DNA from: an uncultured Deinococcaceae bacterium
GTDB lineage: Bacteria; Deinococcota; Deinococci; Deinococcales; Deinococcaceae
DNA: 64,000 nt
Direction of reading: 5' to 3'
Assembly (NCBI GenBank): GCA_964252075.1
Contig: CAXULY010000028.1
Span: 9,366 to 73,365 of the forward strand
Shown here: one piece after another, positions 1-12,253 of the stretch
How the letters are laid out: each line of letters starts with the position of its first letter
Position numbering within the stretch: position 1 is the first letter of the stretch
Position numbers and translations under genes: made by a program
The notes under the pieces: generated by a model
What the model was told of the DNA's origin: nothing
The model's database searches: none
What the model saw: the letters and a program-made list of their open reading frames with translations, nothing else

Positions 1-1
1 C

Positions 2-145
2 GCGGGCATGGGGATGGGCATGGACCGCCTCGCGATGCTCCTCACGGACCGCCAGAGCATCCGCGACGTGCTGCTGTTCCCGCTGCTGCGCCCCGAGAAG
101 CCCGGCGCCACCCCGCAGGACGAGAGCGCGAACGACCCGCTGTAA
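2..145 (+). CDS. lysS: lysyl-tRNA synthetase, C-terminal end (partial)
   Basis: Frame 2 reads [32 protein letters not shown]..., the class II motif 3 tail typical of LysRS; TAA at 143-145. Confidence 0.85.
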   Translation, partial: AGMGMGMDRLAMLLTDRQSIRDVLLFPLLRPEKPGATPQDESANDPL

Positions 146-262
146 GGCCGTCCTGCCCCTGAGCGGGGCGCACACGCGGCGGTGCCTTTCGCGGCGCCGC
201 CGCGCGCGTCTTCCGGGCGCCTGACCCCCGCTTCATGAAGAGCGTGCAGGGTGGAGGCGTTC

Positions 263-1126
263 ATGCGCCGCCGCCTGCTGGCCCTCCTGCCGCTGCTCCT
301 CACCTCCGCCACGCTCGCGCCACACCCCCTCACGCACGTGTTCGTGATCGTGCTGGAGAACCACAGCCTCGCGAGCGTGCTGGGCAACCCGAACCTCCCC
401 ACCCTCAACCACCTGGCGGACACCTACGGCCTCGCCACGAATTACACGGGCGTCACGCACCCCAGCCTCCCGAATTACGTGGCGATGCTCACGGGGAGTG
501 ACTTCGGGAGCCGCAGCGACGACCCCAGCCAGCGCTTCGACGGGCCCAGCCTGCCGGATCAGCTGGAGGCGAGTGGGCGCACATGGAAGGGATACTTCCA
601 GGGCCTGCCGCAGCCGGGCTGGGATGGCCCGTACCGCGGCAACTACGCGAAGAAGCACAACCCCTTCATGCTCCTCGCGCGCATCGCGAACGACCCCGCG
701 CGCGCGGCACAAACGGTGCCACTGGAGGCGCTGGGGTTGGACCTGAACGCCGCGCCGCCGAACTTCGCCCTGATCGTGCCGGACCTCTGTCACGACATGC
801 ACGGCGCGCCCGGCTGCCGTGATCGGGCAGCGCTGGACCGCGCGGGGGACCGCTTCGTGAACACCTGGGCGGCGCGCATCATGGGCTCGCCCGTATGGGG
901 GCCGGGGGCCGCGCTGGTCGTGACCTTCGATGAGGGCAGCGGGGGGGACCGCACGGGCGGCGGGGGGCGCCTCGCAACCATCGTGGTGACGCCGGACGGA
1001 CCGCGCGGCGTGCGCTCCGAGCGCGCTTACAATCACGCCTCGTTGTTACGGACCCTGCAGGACGGCTTCGGCCTGCCTCCCCTCGGCGACGCCGCGCGGG
1101 CGCTGCCGATGGGTGATCTGTTCTGA
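263..1126 (+). CDS. secreted phosphoesterase / acid phosphatase family protein
   Basis: Signal peptide; HVFVIVLENHS, THPSLPNY, KHNPF, HDMH and VTFDEG motifs. Confidence 0.85.
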   Translation: MRRRLLALLPLLLTSATLAPHPLTHVFVIVLENHSLASVLGNPNLPTLNHLADTYGLATNYTGVTHPSLPNYVAMLTGSDFGSRSDDPSQRFDGPSLPDQLEASGRTWKGYFQGLPQPGWDGPYRGNYAKKHNPFMLLARIANDPARAAQTVPLEALGLDLNAAPPNFALIVPDLCHDMHGAPGCRDRAALDRAGDRFVNTWAARIMGSPVWGPGAALVVTFDEGSGGDRTGGGGRLATIVVTPDGPRGVRSERAYNHASLLRTLQDGFGLPPLGDAARALPMGDLF

Positions 1127-1145
1127 CCGTCCGTTCGCGCAACAA

Positions 1146-1187
1146 TTAATTCGTTCGTTTGACAAATTATCATCTTCGGCCTACACT
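1146..1187 (+). promoter_or_regulatory. sigma70 promoter overlapped by an imperfect 25-bp ROK/XylR-type operator
   Basis: TTGACA (1159-1164), 17-nt spacer, TACACT (1182-1187); imperfect palindrome TTAATTCGTT-CGTTT-GACAAATTAT at 1146-1170. Confidence 0.7.
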
Positions 1188-1203
1188 AACCGGGTTCTCA
1201 CCT

Positions 1204-2537
1204 ATGATGCATGACGTGCTAGATCTGGCAGCCGTTCGTGCTCGACACACGCTTTTGGTGTTGCGTCTGTTGTGGCATGAAGACCTCTCCCGCGTGGACC
1301 TTTCGCGGCGGGTGGGGCTCTCGCGCAGCGCGATCTCCAGCATGGTGGCCGAACTGCTGGACGTGGGCCTGCTGACGGAGATCGGCCTGCGCGCCTCCAA
1401 CGGTGCCGGGCGACGCGCGACGATGCTTCAGATCAACCCGACCGCTGCCTACCTGATCGGGGTGGACCTCGGCGCGACGCACCTGCGCGTTGGCCTGCTG
1501 GACCTCCGCTGCCGCCTGCTGGCCACCCACGAGGAACCCTGCGACGTGCTGCTGGGGCCGGACTCTACCTTTGCGGTGCTCGCCCGGTTGCTGGACGCCC
1601 TGCTGCGTCAGGCGGGCGTGCCGCTGTCGGCCGTCGCCATGATCGGTGTGGGCGTGCCCGGACCTGTGGACCACCGCACCGGGCGCGTCGTGCGCCCCCC
1701 GAACATGCAGGGCTGGGACGGCGAGGACATCGCCGGGCGCGTGCGCGCCCGCTACCCCGTGCCGGTGCTGGTGGACAACGACGCGAACCTCGGCGCGCTC
1801 GCCGAATGGCGCTTCGGCGAGCGGCGCGGCACGCCGGACCTCATTTACCTCAAGGTCGCGACGGGCATCGGGGCGGGCGTGCTGCTCGGCGGGAGCCTGC
1901 ACCGCGGGTCCCGCGGCGGCGCGGGCGAGATCGGTCACATCTCCATCAACGAGGCGGGCCCTGTGGGCCGCAGCGGGAACCCCGGCAGCCTGGAGAGTTA
2001 CGCCGCGTCGCAGGTGGTGCTGCGCGTCATGCGCGAGCGCCTCGCGCAGGGCCACCCCAGCCGCCTGCGCCCCGACGCGGGCCTGCACGACCTGATTCAG
2101 GCGGCGGGCGATGATTCCCTCGCGCAGACCCTGTGGGGCGAGGTGGGCCGCCACCTGGGCGTGGCGATCACCACCGTGCTGAACCTCTTCAACCCGGAAG
2201 CCGTGGTCATCGGCGGCCTGATCTCGCAGGCGGGCGCGCCGCTGCTGAACGCCGTGCGTGACGTGGTGGCGCAGCGCGCGCTGCTCATCAACCGAGATCA
2301 GGTGACGGTCACGCTCTCCACGCTGGGCGCCAACGTGGGCCTGCTCGGCGCGGGCGTGATGCTCATCGAGGACCTCTTCACCCCGCGCTTCCTGCCGCAC
2401 CTGTACGCGGTGGCGCGCGCGAGCCAGGGCATGTGGTCCTCACGGGGGCCTCCGGCTCCGGTACGGTCATGGCACGAGGACGCACGACCTCCCCACGGGG
2501 AACGCCCGCTCGGGGAGCACATTCAAGGAGGCAGGTC

Positions 2538-2541
<4 letters not shown>
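1204..2541 (+). CDS. ROK family transcriptional repressor (XylR/NagC-like)
   Basis: N-terminal HTH ([21 protein letters not shown]), GRRA linker, [25 protein letters not shown]. Confidence 0.9.
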
Positions 2542-3779
<1,238 letters not shown>

Positions 3780-3788
3780 AGCTGAAAT

Positions 3789-3818
3789 CGGGGCGGCGCG
3801 TCATCTCGCGCCGCCCCG
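3789..3818 (+). other. intercistronic stem-loop after the binding-protein gene
   Basis: CGGGGCGGCGCG-tcatct-CGCGCCGCCCCG, perfect 12-bp stem without a long U-tract. Confidence 0.6.
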
Positions 3819-3869
3819 TTGACCACCGGGGCCGCGCGTCGGCCCCGCGCACGCGTTTCAAGGAGTTCT

Positions 3870-5017
<1,148 letters not shown>

Positions 5018-5021
<4 letters not shown>

Positions 5022-5872
5022 CCACCACCATTCCCCGACCCGAGGTGGCCGCGCGCCGCCTCAACCTGGCGCGCCCGCTGCTGTACGTGGGCCTCGTCAT
5101 CGCCGCGCTGTTCTTCCTGGTACCCGTGTACCTGCTGGTCGTCACGGCCCTCAAGGCGCCCGACGCCATCAACCTCGACACCACCTGGGCGCTCCCCAGC
5201 CGCTGGAACTGGTCGAGCTTCCCCGAAGCGTGGGCGAAGGTGTCCGGCGGCCTGCGCAACTCCGTGATCCTGGCGATCACCGCGACGGCGCTCTCTGCGC
5301 TGCTCGGCAGCCTGAACGGCTACGCGCTCAGCAAGTGGACCTTCCGCGGCGCGAACATCGTCTTCGCGCTGATGCTGTTCGGGATGTTCATTCCGTACCA
5401 GGCGGTGCTGATCCCGCTCTTCCAGTTCATCAAGAGCCTCGGCCTGTACGGCTCTATCGGCGGCCTGATCCTCGCGCACGTCGTGTACGGCTTGCCCATC
5501 ACCACCCTGATCTTCCGCAACTACTACGGCGAGGTGCCCGACGCGCTGGTGGAGGCCGCCCGCATTGACGGCGCGGGCTTCTGGGGTATCTACAGCCGCG
5601 TGATCTTCCCGCTGTCCGTGCCGGGCTTCGTGGTGGTCATCATCTGGCAGTTCACGCAGGTCTGGAACGAGTTCCTGTTCGGCGTGACCCTCGCGAGCCC
5701 CTCCAGCCAGCCCATCACGGCGGCGCTCGCGCAGCTCTCCGGCGGTCAGGCGGTCAGCTGGAACCTCCCCATGGCGGGCGCCATCCTGACCGCCATCCCC
5801 ACCCTGCTGGTGTACATCCTGCTGGGCCGGTACTTCGTGCGCGGCCTGCTGGCGGGCAGCGTCAAGGGATGA
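5018..5872 (+). CDS. carbohydrate ABC transporter permease
   Basis: EAA loop [16 protein letters not shown], ends GLLAGSVKG. Confidence 0.9.
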
Positions 5873-5894
5873 ACCCCACCCCTGCTTCAGCCTG

Positions 5895-5918
5895 AAGCCC
5901 CTTCGGGGGCTTTTTTTT
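5895..5918 (+). terminator. intrinsic terminator of the sugar ABC operon
   Basis: AAGCCCC-TTCG-GGGGCTT followed by a T-run. Confidence 0.9.
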
Positions 5919-5965
5919 GGCTTTCAGCACGGACCGCGCGTGCGGATGGACCTAGAATTCGGTCC

Positions 5966-6442
5966 ATGACCCTTCACGTTGGCGAGACGGCCCCCGCATT
6001 CACCGGCACCAGTGACGACGGACGCGAGGTGACGCCCGACACCCTGCGCGGGCGCTGGACGGTGCTGTTCTTCTACCTCAAGGCGGGCAGCTCGCACTGC
6101 GCGCTGGAGGCGCGGCGCTTCCAGCGCGCCCTGCCGGAGTTCGAGCGGCTGGGCGCGCAGGTGATTGGCGTGAGCACCGACCCGGAGGGCGAGCAGGGGT
6201 ACTTCCGCTCCAGCTGCGTGCTGAGCTTCCCGCTGGTTGCCGATGACGGCGGCATCAGCGAAGCCTACGGTGTGCTGGGTGCGAGCCCCTTCGAGGGGGA
6301 AGTCGGCGTGCGCCGCGCCGCCCGCCAGACGTTCCTGATCGCGCCGGACGGTCGCATTGCGCGGCACTGGCAGGCCGTGGACCCAGGCACGCACGCGGAC
6401 GAGGTGGCCGCGGCCCTGCGGGAACAGGTGGCGGGCGCCTGA
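5966..6442 (+). CDS. peroxiredoxin, BCP/PrxQ family
   Basis: VGETAPAF, WTVLFFYLKAGSSHCALEA, VIGVSTD, RQTFLI. Confidence 0.85.
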   Translation: MTLHVGETAPAFTGTSDDGREVTPDTLRGRWTVLFFYLKAGSSHCALEARRFQRALPEFERLGAQVIGVSTDPEGEQGYFRSSCVLSFPLVADDGGISEAYGVLGASPFEGEVGVRRAARQTFLIAPDGRIARHWQAVDPGTHADEVAAALREQVAGA

Positions 6443-6451
6443 CCGGCCCCG

Positions 6452-7885
6452 TCAGCGCACGCCGCGCACGCGGGAGATCAGCACGACGCCCAGCATGAAG
6501 CACGCGGCGGCAATGCCGAACACGATGGTGTAACCCTCGTTGCCGCCGCGCGCGTTGCCCCAGTCCAGCAGAAAGCCCTGCGGGGCGCTGCTCATCTGCG
6601 GCGCCACGAAAGCCACGTGCCAGATGCCCATGTCGCGCGCGTAACTCGCGGCGCTCGGCATGGCGTCACTGCCGAGCGCCCAGTCCACGCTGATGAAGGC
6701 CCCGTACCCCAGCCCGAAGGCGAAGGCCAGCGCGAGCGCCGCCACGAACCCCGGTGCGACCAGCAGCGCGAGCGCCGCGACCGTCATGACGCTGCCCGCC
6801 GCGTAGATGACCGGCTTGCGCCCCAGGCGGTCCGACACGCGCCCTCCGATGAGCGCGCTCACGATGCTCCCCACAATGATGCACGCCAGCATGATGCTCG
6901 TCGCGGTGCCCGCGTTCTGCTGGCGCAGCACATCGTGCGCGTAGAACTGCAGGAAGGGCTGCACGCTGTACTGCCCGAGGCTGAACAGCGCGCGCGTGAT
7001 GAACACCCACACGAACGGCTGGTACGCGAACAGGTACCGCAGGTGCAGGTCGTGCCGCGCGTGCGGCGTGACGGAGATGACGCCCCGGCGCTCCAGCGTG
7101 AGGGCCGCCACGACCGCCAGCACCACCAGCAGCGGCAGCGCGAAGGCCGTGTACAGCGAGAAGTTCGGCACGAGGCGCGCGAACAGGAGGTACAGCGCGC
7201 CCAGCACCAGCACGATCGCCAGTACGCGCAGCAACGACCCTATAAACGCCCGGCGGTGATCGCCGGGCTGCGCGGTGAGCTCCGGTTCCGGCACGGACGT
7301 CAGGGTGAGGGCCGAGCTGCCCACCAGCACCACCGCCACCAGCGCGTAGCTCACGAGGCCCGGCAGGTGCAGCGCGCCAATCCCGAAGGCCGCCGCCGCA
7401 CCCAGCAGCTGCCCCACCGCCTGCAGCAGGCCCATGGCGCCGCTGTACCGCCCGCGCTGCTCGGGCGGCACGAGGTCCGGAATGAGGGCGCTGTACGGCG
7501 CGGTCGCGAAGTTGTTCCCGAACTGCACGCACAGGAACCCCAGCACGTACACCCAGAAGCCCGCCATGCCGCCCAGGGCGCCCGCCGCGAGCGCCATGAC
7601 GGCCAGCCCCGCCACGTTGAGGCCCACGCCGAGCCGCAGGAATCCCAGGCGCCGCCCCACGCGGTCGCTGTACACACCCACCAACGGCGGCAGCACCAGC
7701 GCAATGAGCGCCCCGATGCCCACCACGAGGCCCAGGTACGTGCCTTTCTGCCGCTCCCCCACGAAATGCAGGACGTCGGCGGGCATCAGGATGAGGAGCA
7801 GCAGCAGCCAGTGGAAGGCGCTGCCGAACCAGAAGCTGCTGAGCGTCCAGGGGCTGACCCGGCGGGCGGGGGAGAGGGAGGTCAT
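6452..7885 (-). CDS. MFS transporter
   Basis: Many TM helices, [10 protein letters not shown] and [13 protein letters not shown] loops. Confidence 0.85.
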   Translation of the reverse strand: MTSLSPARRVSPWTLSSFWFGSAFHWLLLLLILMPADVLHFVGERQKGTYLGLVVGIGALIALVLPPLVGVYSDRVGRRLGFLRLGVGLNVAGLAVMALAAGALGGMAGFWVYVLGFLCVQFGNNFATAPYSALIPDLVPPEQRGRYSGAMGLLQAVGQLLGAAAAFGIGALHLPGLVSYALVAVVLVGSSALTLTSVPEPELTAQPGDHRRAFIGSLLRVLAIVLVLGALYLLFARLVPNFSLYTAFALPLLVVLAVVAALTLERRGVISVTPHARHDLHLRYLFAYQPFVWVFITRALFSLGQYSVQPFLQFYAHDVLRQQNAGTATSIMLACIIVGSIVSALIGGRVSDRLGRKPVIYAAGSVMTVAALALLVAPGFVAALALAFAFGLGYGAFISVDWALGSDAMPSAASYARDMGIWHVAFVAPQMSSAPQGFLLDWGNARGGNEGYTIVFGIAAACFMLGVVLISRVRGVR

Positions 7886-7922
7886 GCTGCGCCGAGTATA
7901 GGCGCCCACTGAACCCCTGCGG

Positions 7923-8309
7923 TCAGGGCACCTTCATCGCCAGCTTCTGCGCCAGCAGGGCGTCCTGCAGGGGCTTGCCGCGCACCCAGACGTTCGCCAT
8001 GGCGGGCTGGCCCTTCTTCACGATCTGCACGTACACCTGCGCGCCCACCGGCAGCGCCTTCTGAATGGCGGGAATGGCGCCCGGGAACAGCGTGATGCCC
8101 GCGAGTCGCACCGGGGTCAGCACCGAGCCGAGACTCAGCGCGATGGTGCCGTCGTCCAGTACCGCGCGCACCTCAGCGGAGAAGCGCGGGGCGGGATTGG
8201 TGGTCTGCGCGTGGGCGGTGACGCCCAGCGTCATGCCCCCAATCAGCAGCGCCCCTGCCAGTTTCTGCGGCCACGCCTTGCCGCTGGCCTGTCTTGGGTT
8301 GTGAAACAT
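7923..8309 (-). CDS. secreted protein with degenerate thermonuclease (SNase)-like fold
   Basis: Signal peptide ending [13 protein letters not shown]...VRLAGI...[14 protein letters not shown] resembles the SNase layout. Confidence 0.55.
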   Translation of the reverse strand: MFHNPRQASGKAWPQKLAGALLIGGMTLGVTAHAQTTNPAPRFSAEVRAVLDDGTIALSLGSVLTPVRLAGITLFPGAIPAIQKALPVGAQVYVQIVKKGQPAMANVWVRGKPLQDALLAQKLAMKVP

Positions 8310-8367
8310 GCCTCACTGTATGCCTTCATGTGAGGCTCATGCCCCTCAAATAAGGCACCATTGAGAC

Positions 8368-9396
8368 CTAGCGCTGCGTGCCGATGTCCAGGTTCTCCGC
8401 CACGGCGTCCCGCACCTGCTTCTGGCTGTCCTTGACCTCCACGGCCACACGCGCGCCGCCCTCCAGGTCCATCACGAAGTGATCCCCATCCAGCCGCACG
8501 CGGCTCACGATCTGCTCGTCACCGCCGTCCCGCGTGCGGGCGCGCAGCTCCACGAAGCGCGACAGCGGCGTTCGGATCACCTTCGGCGCAAGCACCTCCT
8601 CCACCTGAAAGATGCCGCCGGAGTTGTTCATGGTGACGTCAATCAGGACGGGCTTGTTGTCCCCGCGCGCGATCACCACCTGATCCACCGCGAGTGCACT
8701 GATGGAGTGGATGTCCACGCTGCCCAACTGAAAGGCCTTGCGCCCACGGCCCTTCGTGATGTCCGTGCCGTCCGCGACGGCCGTCACGCCACCCTCGATG
8801 GTGAGGGGCGCGGGGTTCAGGTCGTGGCAGTCAATGCAGTGCAGGATGAAGCTGCGGATCTTGGTGCGCTTGAAGGTGTCCGGGTAGATGGGCGCCAGCA
8901 CCCGGTCCACGATGGGGCGCGCCAGCATCACGCCGTGCTGCTCGTGGCTGGCGCGGTGCACCTGATTGCCGATGTCGTGCAGCATGGTGCCGAGAATCAC
9001 GACGACGTACGCGTCCTCCAGGTCGCCCACGCCGCTGTCCACCACGTCAGGCTTCACCCCGGCGTCCGTCAGCAGCTCCAGGATGGCGAGGCTCGCGGCG
9101 CCCGTCACCCAGGCGTGCACGCGCCCATGGTCGTTGTACCCGAGTTTGCGCATGGTCAGGTAATTCGCCATGTCCCACGACGCCAGCGCCTCCGGGTCGC
9201 CGATGAGCGCCTCGTACGCGGCGAGCGCGCGCGGGTACGGCGTGAGGTCCGCGCGGATCGCGCGGTCCGCCTCCTCAATCAGTTTCGCTTTCGGTGTGGT
9301 GAATTCCGCCACGCGCGGCGCCACCGCGTGTCCACCCAGCTCCACGTCACTCAGGGCGCCGTCCTCAAGGCTCAACGTGAACTTGTTCTTGGTCAT
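8368..9396 (-). CDS. HD-superfamily metal-dependent phosphohydrolase
   Basis: YNDHGRVH, MLHDIGN, VADGTD motifs. Confidence 0.85.
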   Translation of the reverse strand: MTKNKFTLSLEDGALSDVELGGHAVAPRVAEFTTPKAKLIEEADRAIRADLTPYPRALAAYEALIGDPEALASWDMANYLTMRKLGYNDHGRVHAWVTGAASLAILELLTDAGVKPDVVDSGVGDLEDAYVVVILGTMLHDIGNQVHRASHEQHGVMLARPIVDRVLAPIYPDTFKRTKIRSFILHCIDCHDLNPAPLTIEGGVTAVADGTDITKGRGRKAFQLGSVDIHSISALAVDQVVIARGDNKPVLIDVTMNNSGGIFQVEEVLAPKVIRTPLSRFVELRARTRDGGDEQIVSRVRLDGDHFVMDLEGGARVAVEVKDSQKQVRDAVAENLDIGTQR

Positions 9397-9408
9397 GGCG
9401 GTGCCCGG

Positions 9409-10200
9409 TCACTCCCCCTGAAAGTCCGGCGCGCGCTTTTCCAGGAACGCGCGCGTGCCCTCACGGAAGTCCTTCGTGGCGACCGTCATGCCGAACAGGT
9501 CCGCCTCAATCTCCAGCGCGTGCTCCAGCGGCACATCCAGGCCCCGGCGCACCGCCTCCTTCACCAGCGACAGGGAGATGGGCGCGTTCTTCAGCATCAG
9601 TTCCGCCATCTCGCGCGCGCGGCGCAGCGGGTCGTCCGCGACGGCGTTCACGAGGCCCATGCCGAGCGCCTCCTCCGCGCTCACCTGTCGCGCGGTGAGC
9701 ATCAGGTCCAGCGCGCGGCCCGCCCCGATGAGGCGCGGCAAGCGCTGCGTGCCGCCGAACCCCGGCAGCAACCCCAGGCCCACCTCCGGCAGGCCGAGTT
9801 TGGCGCGTGGGCTCGCCACGCGGAGGTCGCAGGCGAGCGCCAGTTCCAGCCCGCCGCCCAGCGCGAAGCCGTTGATGGCCGCAATGGTGGGGATGGGGAG
9901 GTTCGCGACGCTCTGCAGCACGTCCTGGCCCGCGAGGCTCAGCTCGCGCCCCGCGTACACGCCGTCCATGTCCGCGAGTTCCGCGATGTCCGCACCCGCC
10001 ACGAACGCGCGGTCCCCGCCACCCGTGATGATCAGCGCGCCGACCTCCGCCTGGTCCATCACGGCCTCCAGGGCCTGCGCGATTTCACTCAGGGTGTCCG
10101 CGCTCAGGGCGTTCAGGGCCTTGGGCCGGTTCACGGTCAGCACGGCGAGGGGACCGTGCTGGTCCAGTTGCAGGTTGCGGAATTCGAGTTCGTCGAGCAT
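9409..10200 (-). CDS. enoyl-CoA hydratase / crotonase family protein
   Basis: NRPKALNAL, AFVAGADI, GFALGGGLELALACD, LPEVGLGLLPGFGGTQRL. Confidence 0.92.
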   Translation of the reverse strand: MLDELEFRNLQLDQHGPLAVLTVNRPKALNALSADTLSEIAQALEAVMDQAEVGALIITGGGDRAFVAGADIAELADMDGVYAGRELSLAGQDVLQSVANLPIPTIAAINGFALGGGLELALACDLRVASPRAKLGLPEVGLGLLPGFGGTQRLPRLIGAGRALDLMLTARQVSAEEALGMGLVNAVADDPLRRAREMAELMLKNAPISLSLVKEAVRRGLDVPLEHALEIEADLFGMTVATKDFREGTRAFLEKRAPDFQGE

Positions 10201-10612
10201 GCAGTCACTGTAGTGCCTGGGTGGGGAGCGTGCGGGCGCCACCCGAAAGCCGAAGGTTTGGTGTAACGCAGCCACAGCTCTTACTCGCGACTCATGAGGA
10301 AGCGTAAGAGCGTTTGAATTCCCGCCGCGCCGGGTTTTATGGCTCTCATGTTCTGTGAGGACATAGGAAAGGTAAACCCTCTCATGCTGAAAGGTCAGTT
10401 GAGCGCTCTCAAGGCCTATAAATGCTCTCATCGAATGAGAAATCGATGGTCGGTAACACCTCCTCCTTCAAGGCGCGTTCCGAATCTGACGTGCAGGAAG
10501 CAAATCATCTAAAGGCACCCACCCAGGTATCACTTTTTCCTCACGCCACGTCCTTACGGTATGTGCAGGCATCTGGGTGTCATCCCACGTGCAATTGGGA
10601 AGGGAGAATCTC

Positions 10613-11845
10613 ATGCGCAAGAACATTGTTTACGTGACGGCCCTCAGCGCCGCTCTGAGCCTCGGTCTGGCGGCGGCACAGGACACCACCACCCCGGCCA
10701 CCACGACACCCTCGACGACCACCCCTGCTACCACGACGACTACCACGACGCAGGTGCAGAGCTTCCAGGACGTGCCCGCCGGTCACTGGGCGAAGGACGC
10801 CGTTGACTTCATCACGCAGCGCGGCCTGATCCAGGGCTTCCCCGACGGCACCTTCCGCGGCAACGAGAACCTGACGCGCTACCAGGCCGCGCTCATCTTC
10901 TACCGCCTCCTGCAGACGGGCGCCCTCACGAACGGCAGCCTGAGCAGCACCGACGTCGCCACCATCACGCGCGGCATGCAGGACGTCAGCGCCGAACTGG
11001 CCGCCGTGAGCAGCCGCGTCTCCGACCTGGAGCGCCTCACCAGCGACCAGCAGGCGCAGATCACCGCGCTGCAGAACCAGATCCAGGCGCTCCCCACCAC
11101 CGGCGGCACCGACACCACCGCGCGCCTCGACGCGCTGGAGGCCAAGGTCAACGCGCTGCCGACCGACATCGCGAGCGCGGCGGACCTCACGGCCCTCACC
11201 GCCCGCGTCACCACCCTGGAAGGCAACCCAGCGGGCGCCAGCACCGCCGACCTGCAGGCCCTGACCGCCCGTGTGGCGGCCCTGGAAGCCGCGCAGAGCG
11301 CCGCCCCCACCACCACCACGACCACCACCCCGGTCACCCCGGGTGACACCACCACCGTCGTGGTCGGTGAGCCCGCCGCGCCCGTCGTGACGCCCGACAA
11401 GAACTTCTACGTCGGCCTGAACGCCACCTACCCCTTCAGTGGCAACAGCAGCTTCGGGTACGGCGCCGTGATCGGCCTGAACAACCTGTTCGGCGGCTTC
11501 GGTCTGCGCGGCGACTTCGACTACCAGCCGGGCAACAGCGCCTTCGGCGGCAGCGCCAACCTGACCTACAACCTCGGCAGCGGCACGGGCCTGAGCCCCT
11601 ACGCTGGCGTCGGCGGCGGTCTCGTGAGCAGCACCGCCCGCGCGGACGCCAACACCAGCGCCACCGATTACTTCGCGGACGCCTTCGTGGGCGTGGACTA
11701 CCGCTTCACGGACAGCCTGGGCGTCTTCGCCGAGGCGAACGGCAAGTACTTCTTCAGCAACAACGGCGCCGGCACGAACCTGGACGCGGCCTCCACCGGC
11801 GGCCTCGGCTTCGGCGTCAAGGGCGGCCTGAAGGTCTTCTTCTAA
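10613..11845 (+). CDS. SLH-domain envelope protein with coiled coil and C-terminal outer-membrane beta-barrel
   Basis: Signal peptide; FQDVPAGHWAKDAV...GFPDGTFRGNENLTRYQAA (SLH); heptad repeats; amphipathic beta-strands ending in F. Confidence 0.88.
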   Translation: MRKNIVYVTALSAALSLGLAAAQDTTTPATTTPSTTTPATTTTTTTQVQSFQDVPAGHWAKDAVDFITQRGLIQGFPDGTFRGNENLTRYQAALIFYRLLQTGALTNGSLSSTDVATITRGMQDVSAELAAVSSRVSDLERLTSDQQAQITALQNQIQALPTTGGTDTTARLDALEAKVNALPTDIASAADLTALTARVTTLEGNPAGASTADLQALTARVAALEAAQSAAPTTTTTTTPVTPGDTTTVVVGEPAAPVVTPDKNFYVGLNATYPFSGNSSFGYGAVIGLNNLFGGFGLRGDFDYQPGNSAFGGSANLTYNLGSGTGLSPYAGVGGGLVSSTARADANTSATDYFADAFVGVDYRFTDSLGVFAEANGKYFFSNNGAGTNLDAASTGGLGFGVKGGLKVFF

Positions 11846-11858
11846 AGCGCGCCCGAGA

Positions 11859-11888
11859 AGGCGGGGGTGGTTACGGCCACCCCCGCCT
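11859..11888 (+). terminator. stem-loop terminator after the SLH gene
   Basis: AGGCGGGGGTGG-ttacgg-CCACCCCCGCCT. Confidence 0.7.
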
Positions 11889-11908
11889 CCTTCATGTACG
11901 GTGGAGCC

Positions 11909-12190
11909 ATGAAAGCCATCTGGAACGGCGCGGTGATCGCGGAGAGCGACGACACCGTGGTGGTTGAGGGCAACCATTACTTCCCCCGTGACGCCGTGCG
12001 CGCCGACGTGCTCCGCCCGTCCGACACGCACACCGTGTGCCCCTGGAAGGGCACCGCCAGCTACTTCACGCTGGAGGTGGACGGCCAGCGCAACCCGGAT
12101 GCCGCGTGGACCTACCCGGAACCGAAGGACGCCGCCCGCGAGATCACGGGCCGCGTGGCCTTCTGGAAGGGCGTGAAGGTCGAGGCGTAG
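11909..12190 (+). CDS. DUF427 domain protein
   Basis: AIWNGAVIAESD, VEGNHYFP, CPWKGTASY, AAWTYPEP. Confidence 0.9.
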   Translation: MKAIWNGAVIAESDDTVVVEGNHYFPRDAVRADVLRPSDTHTVCPWKGTASYFTLEVDGQRNPDAAWTYPEPKDAAREITGRVAFWKGVKVEA

Positions 12191-12207
12191 GCAACCCGCA
12201 GGAAAGC

Positions 12208-12241
12208 GCGGGCGGCCCTCCTGAGCAGGAGGGCCGCCCGC
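12208..12241. terminator. bidirectional terminator between convergent genes
   Basis: GCGGGCGGCCCTCCTG-ag-CAGGAGGGCCGCCCGC with AAA and TTT nearby on either side. Confidence 0.8.
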
Positions 12242-12253
12242 GTTTCGTCGACC

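Noticed and set aside
10684..10750. ACC/ACG-rich tandem repeats
   Set aside because: They simply encode the Thr/Pro linker of the SLH protein.
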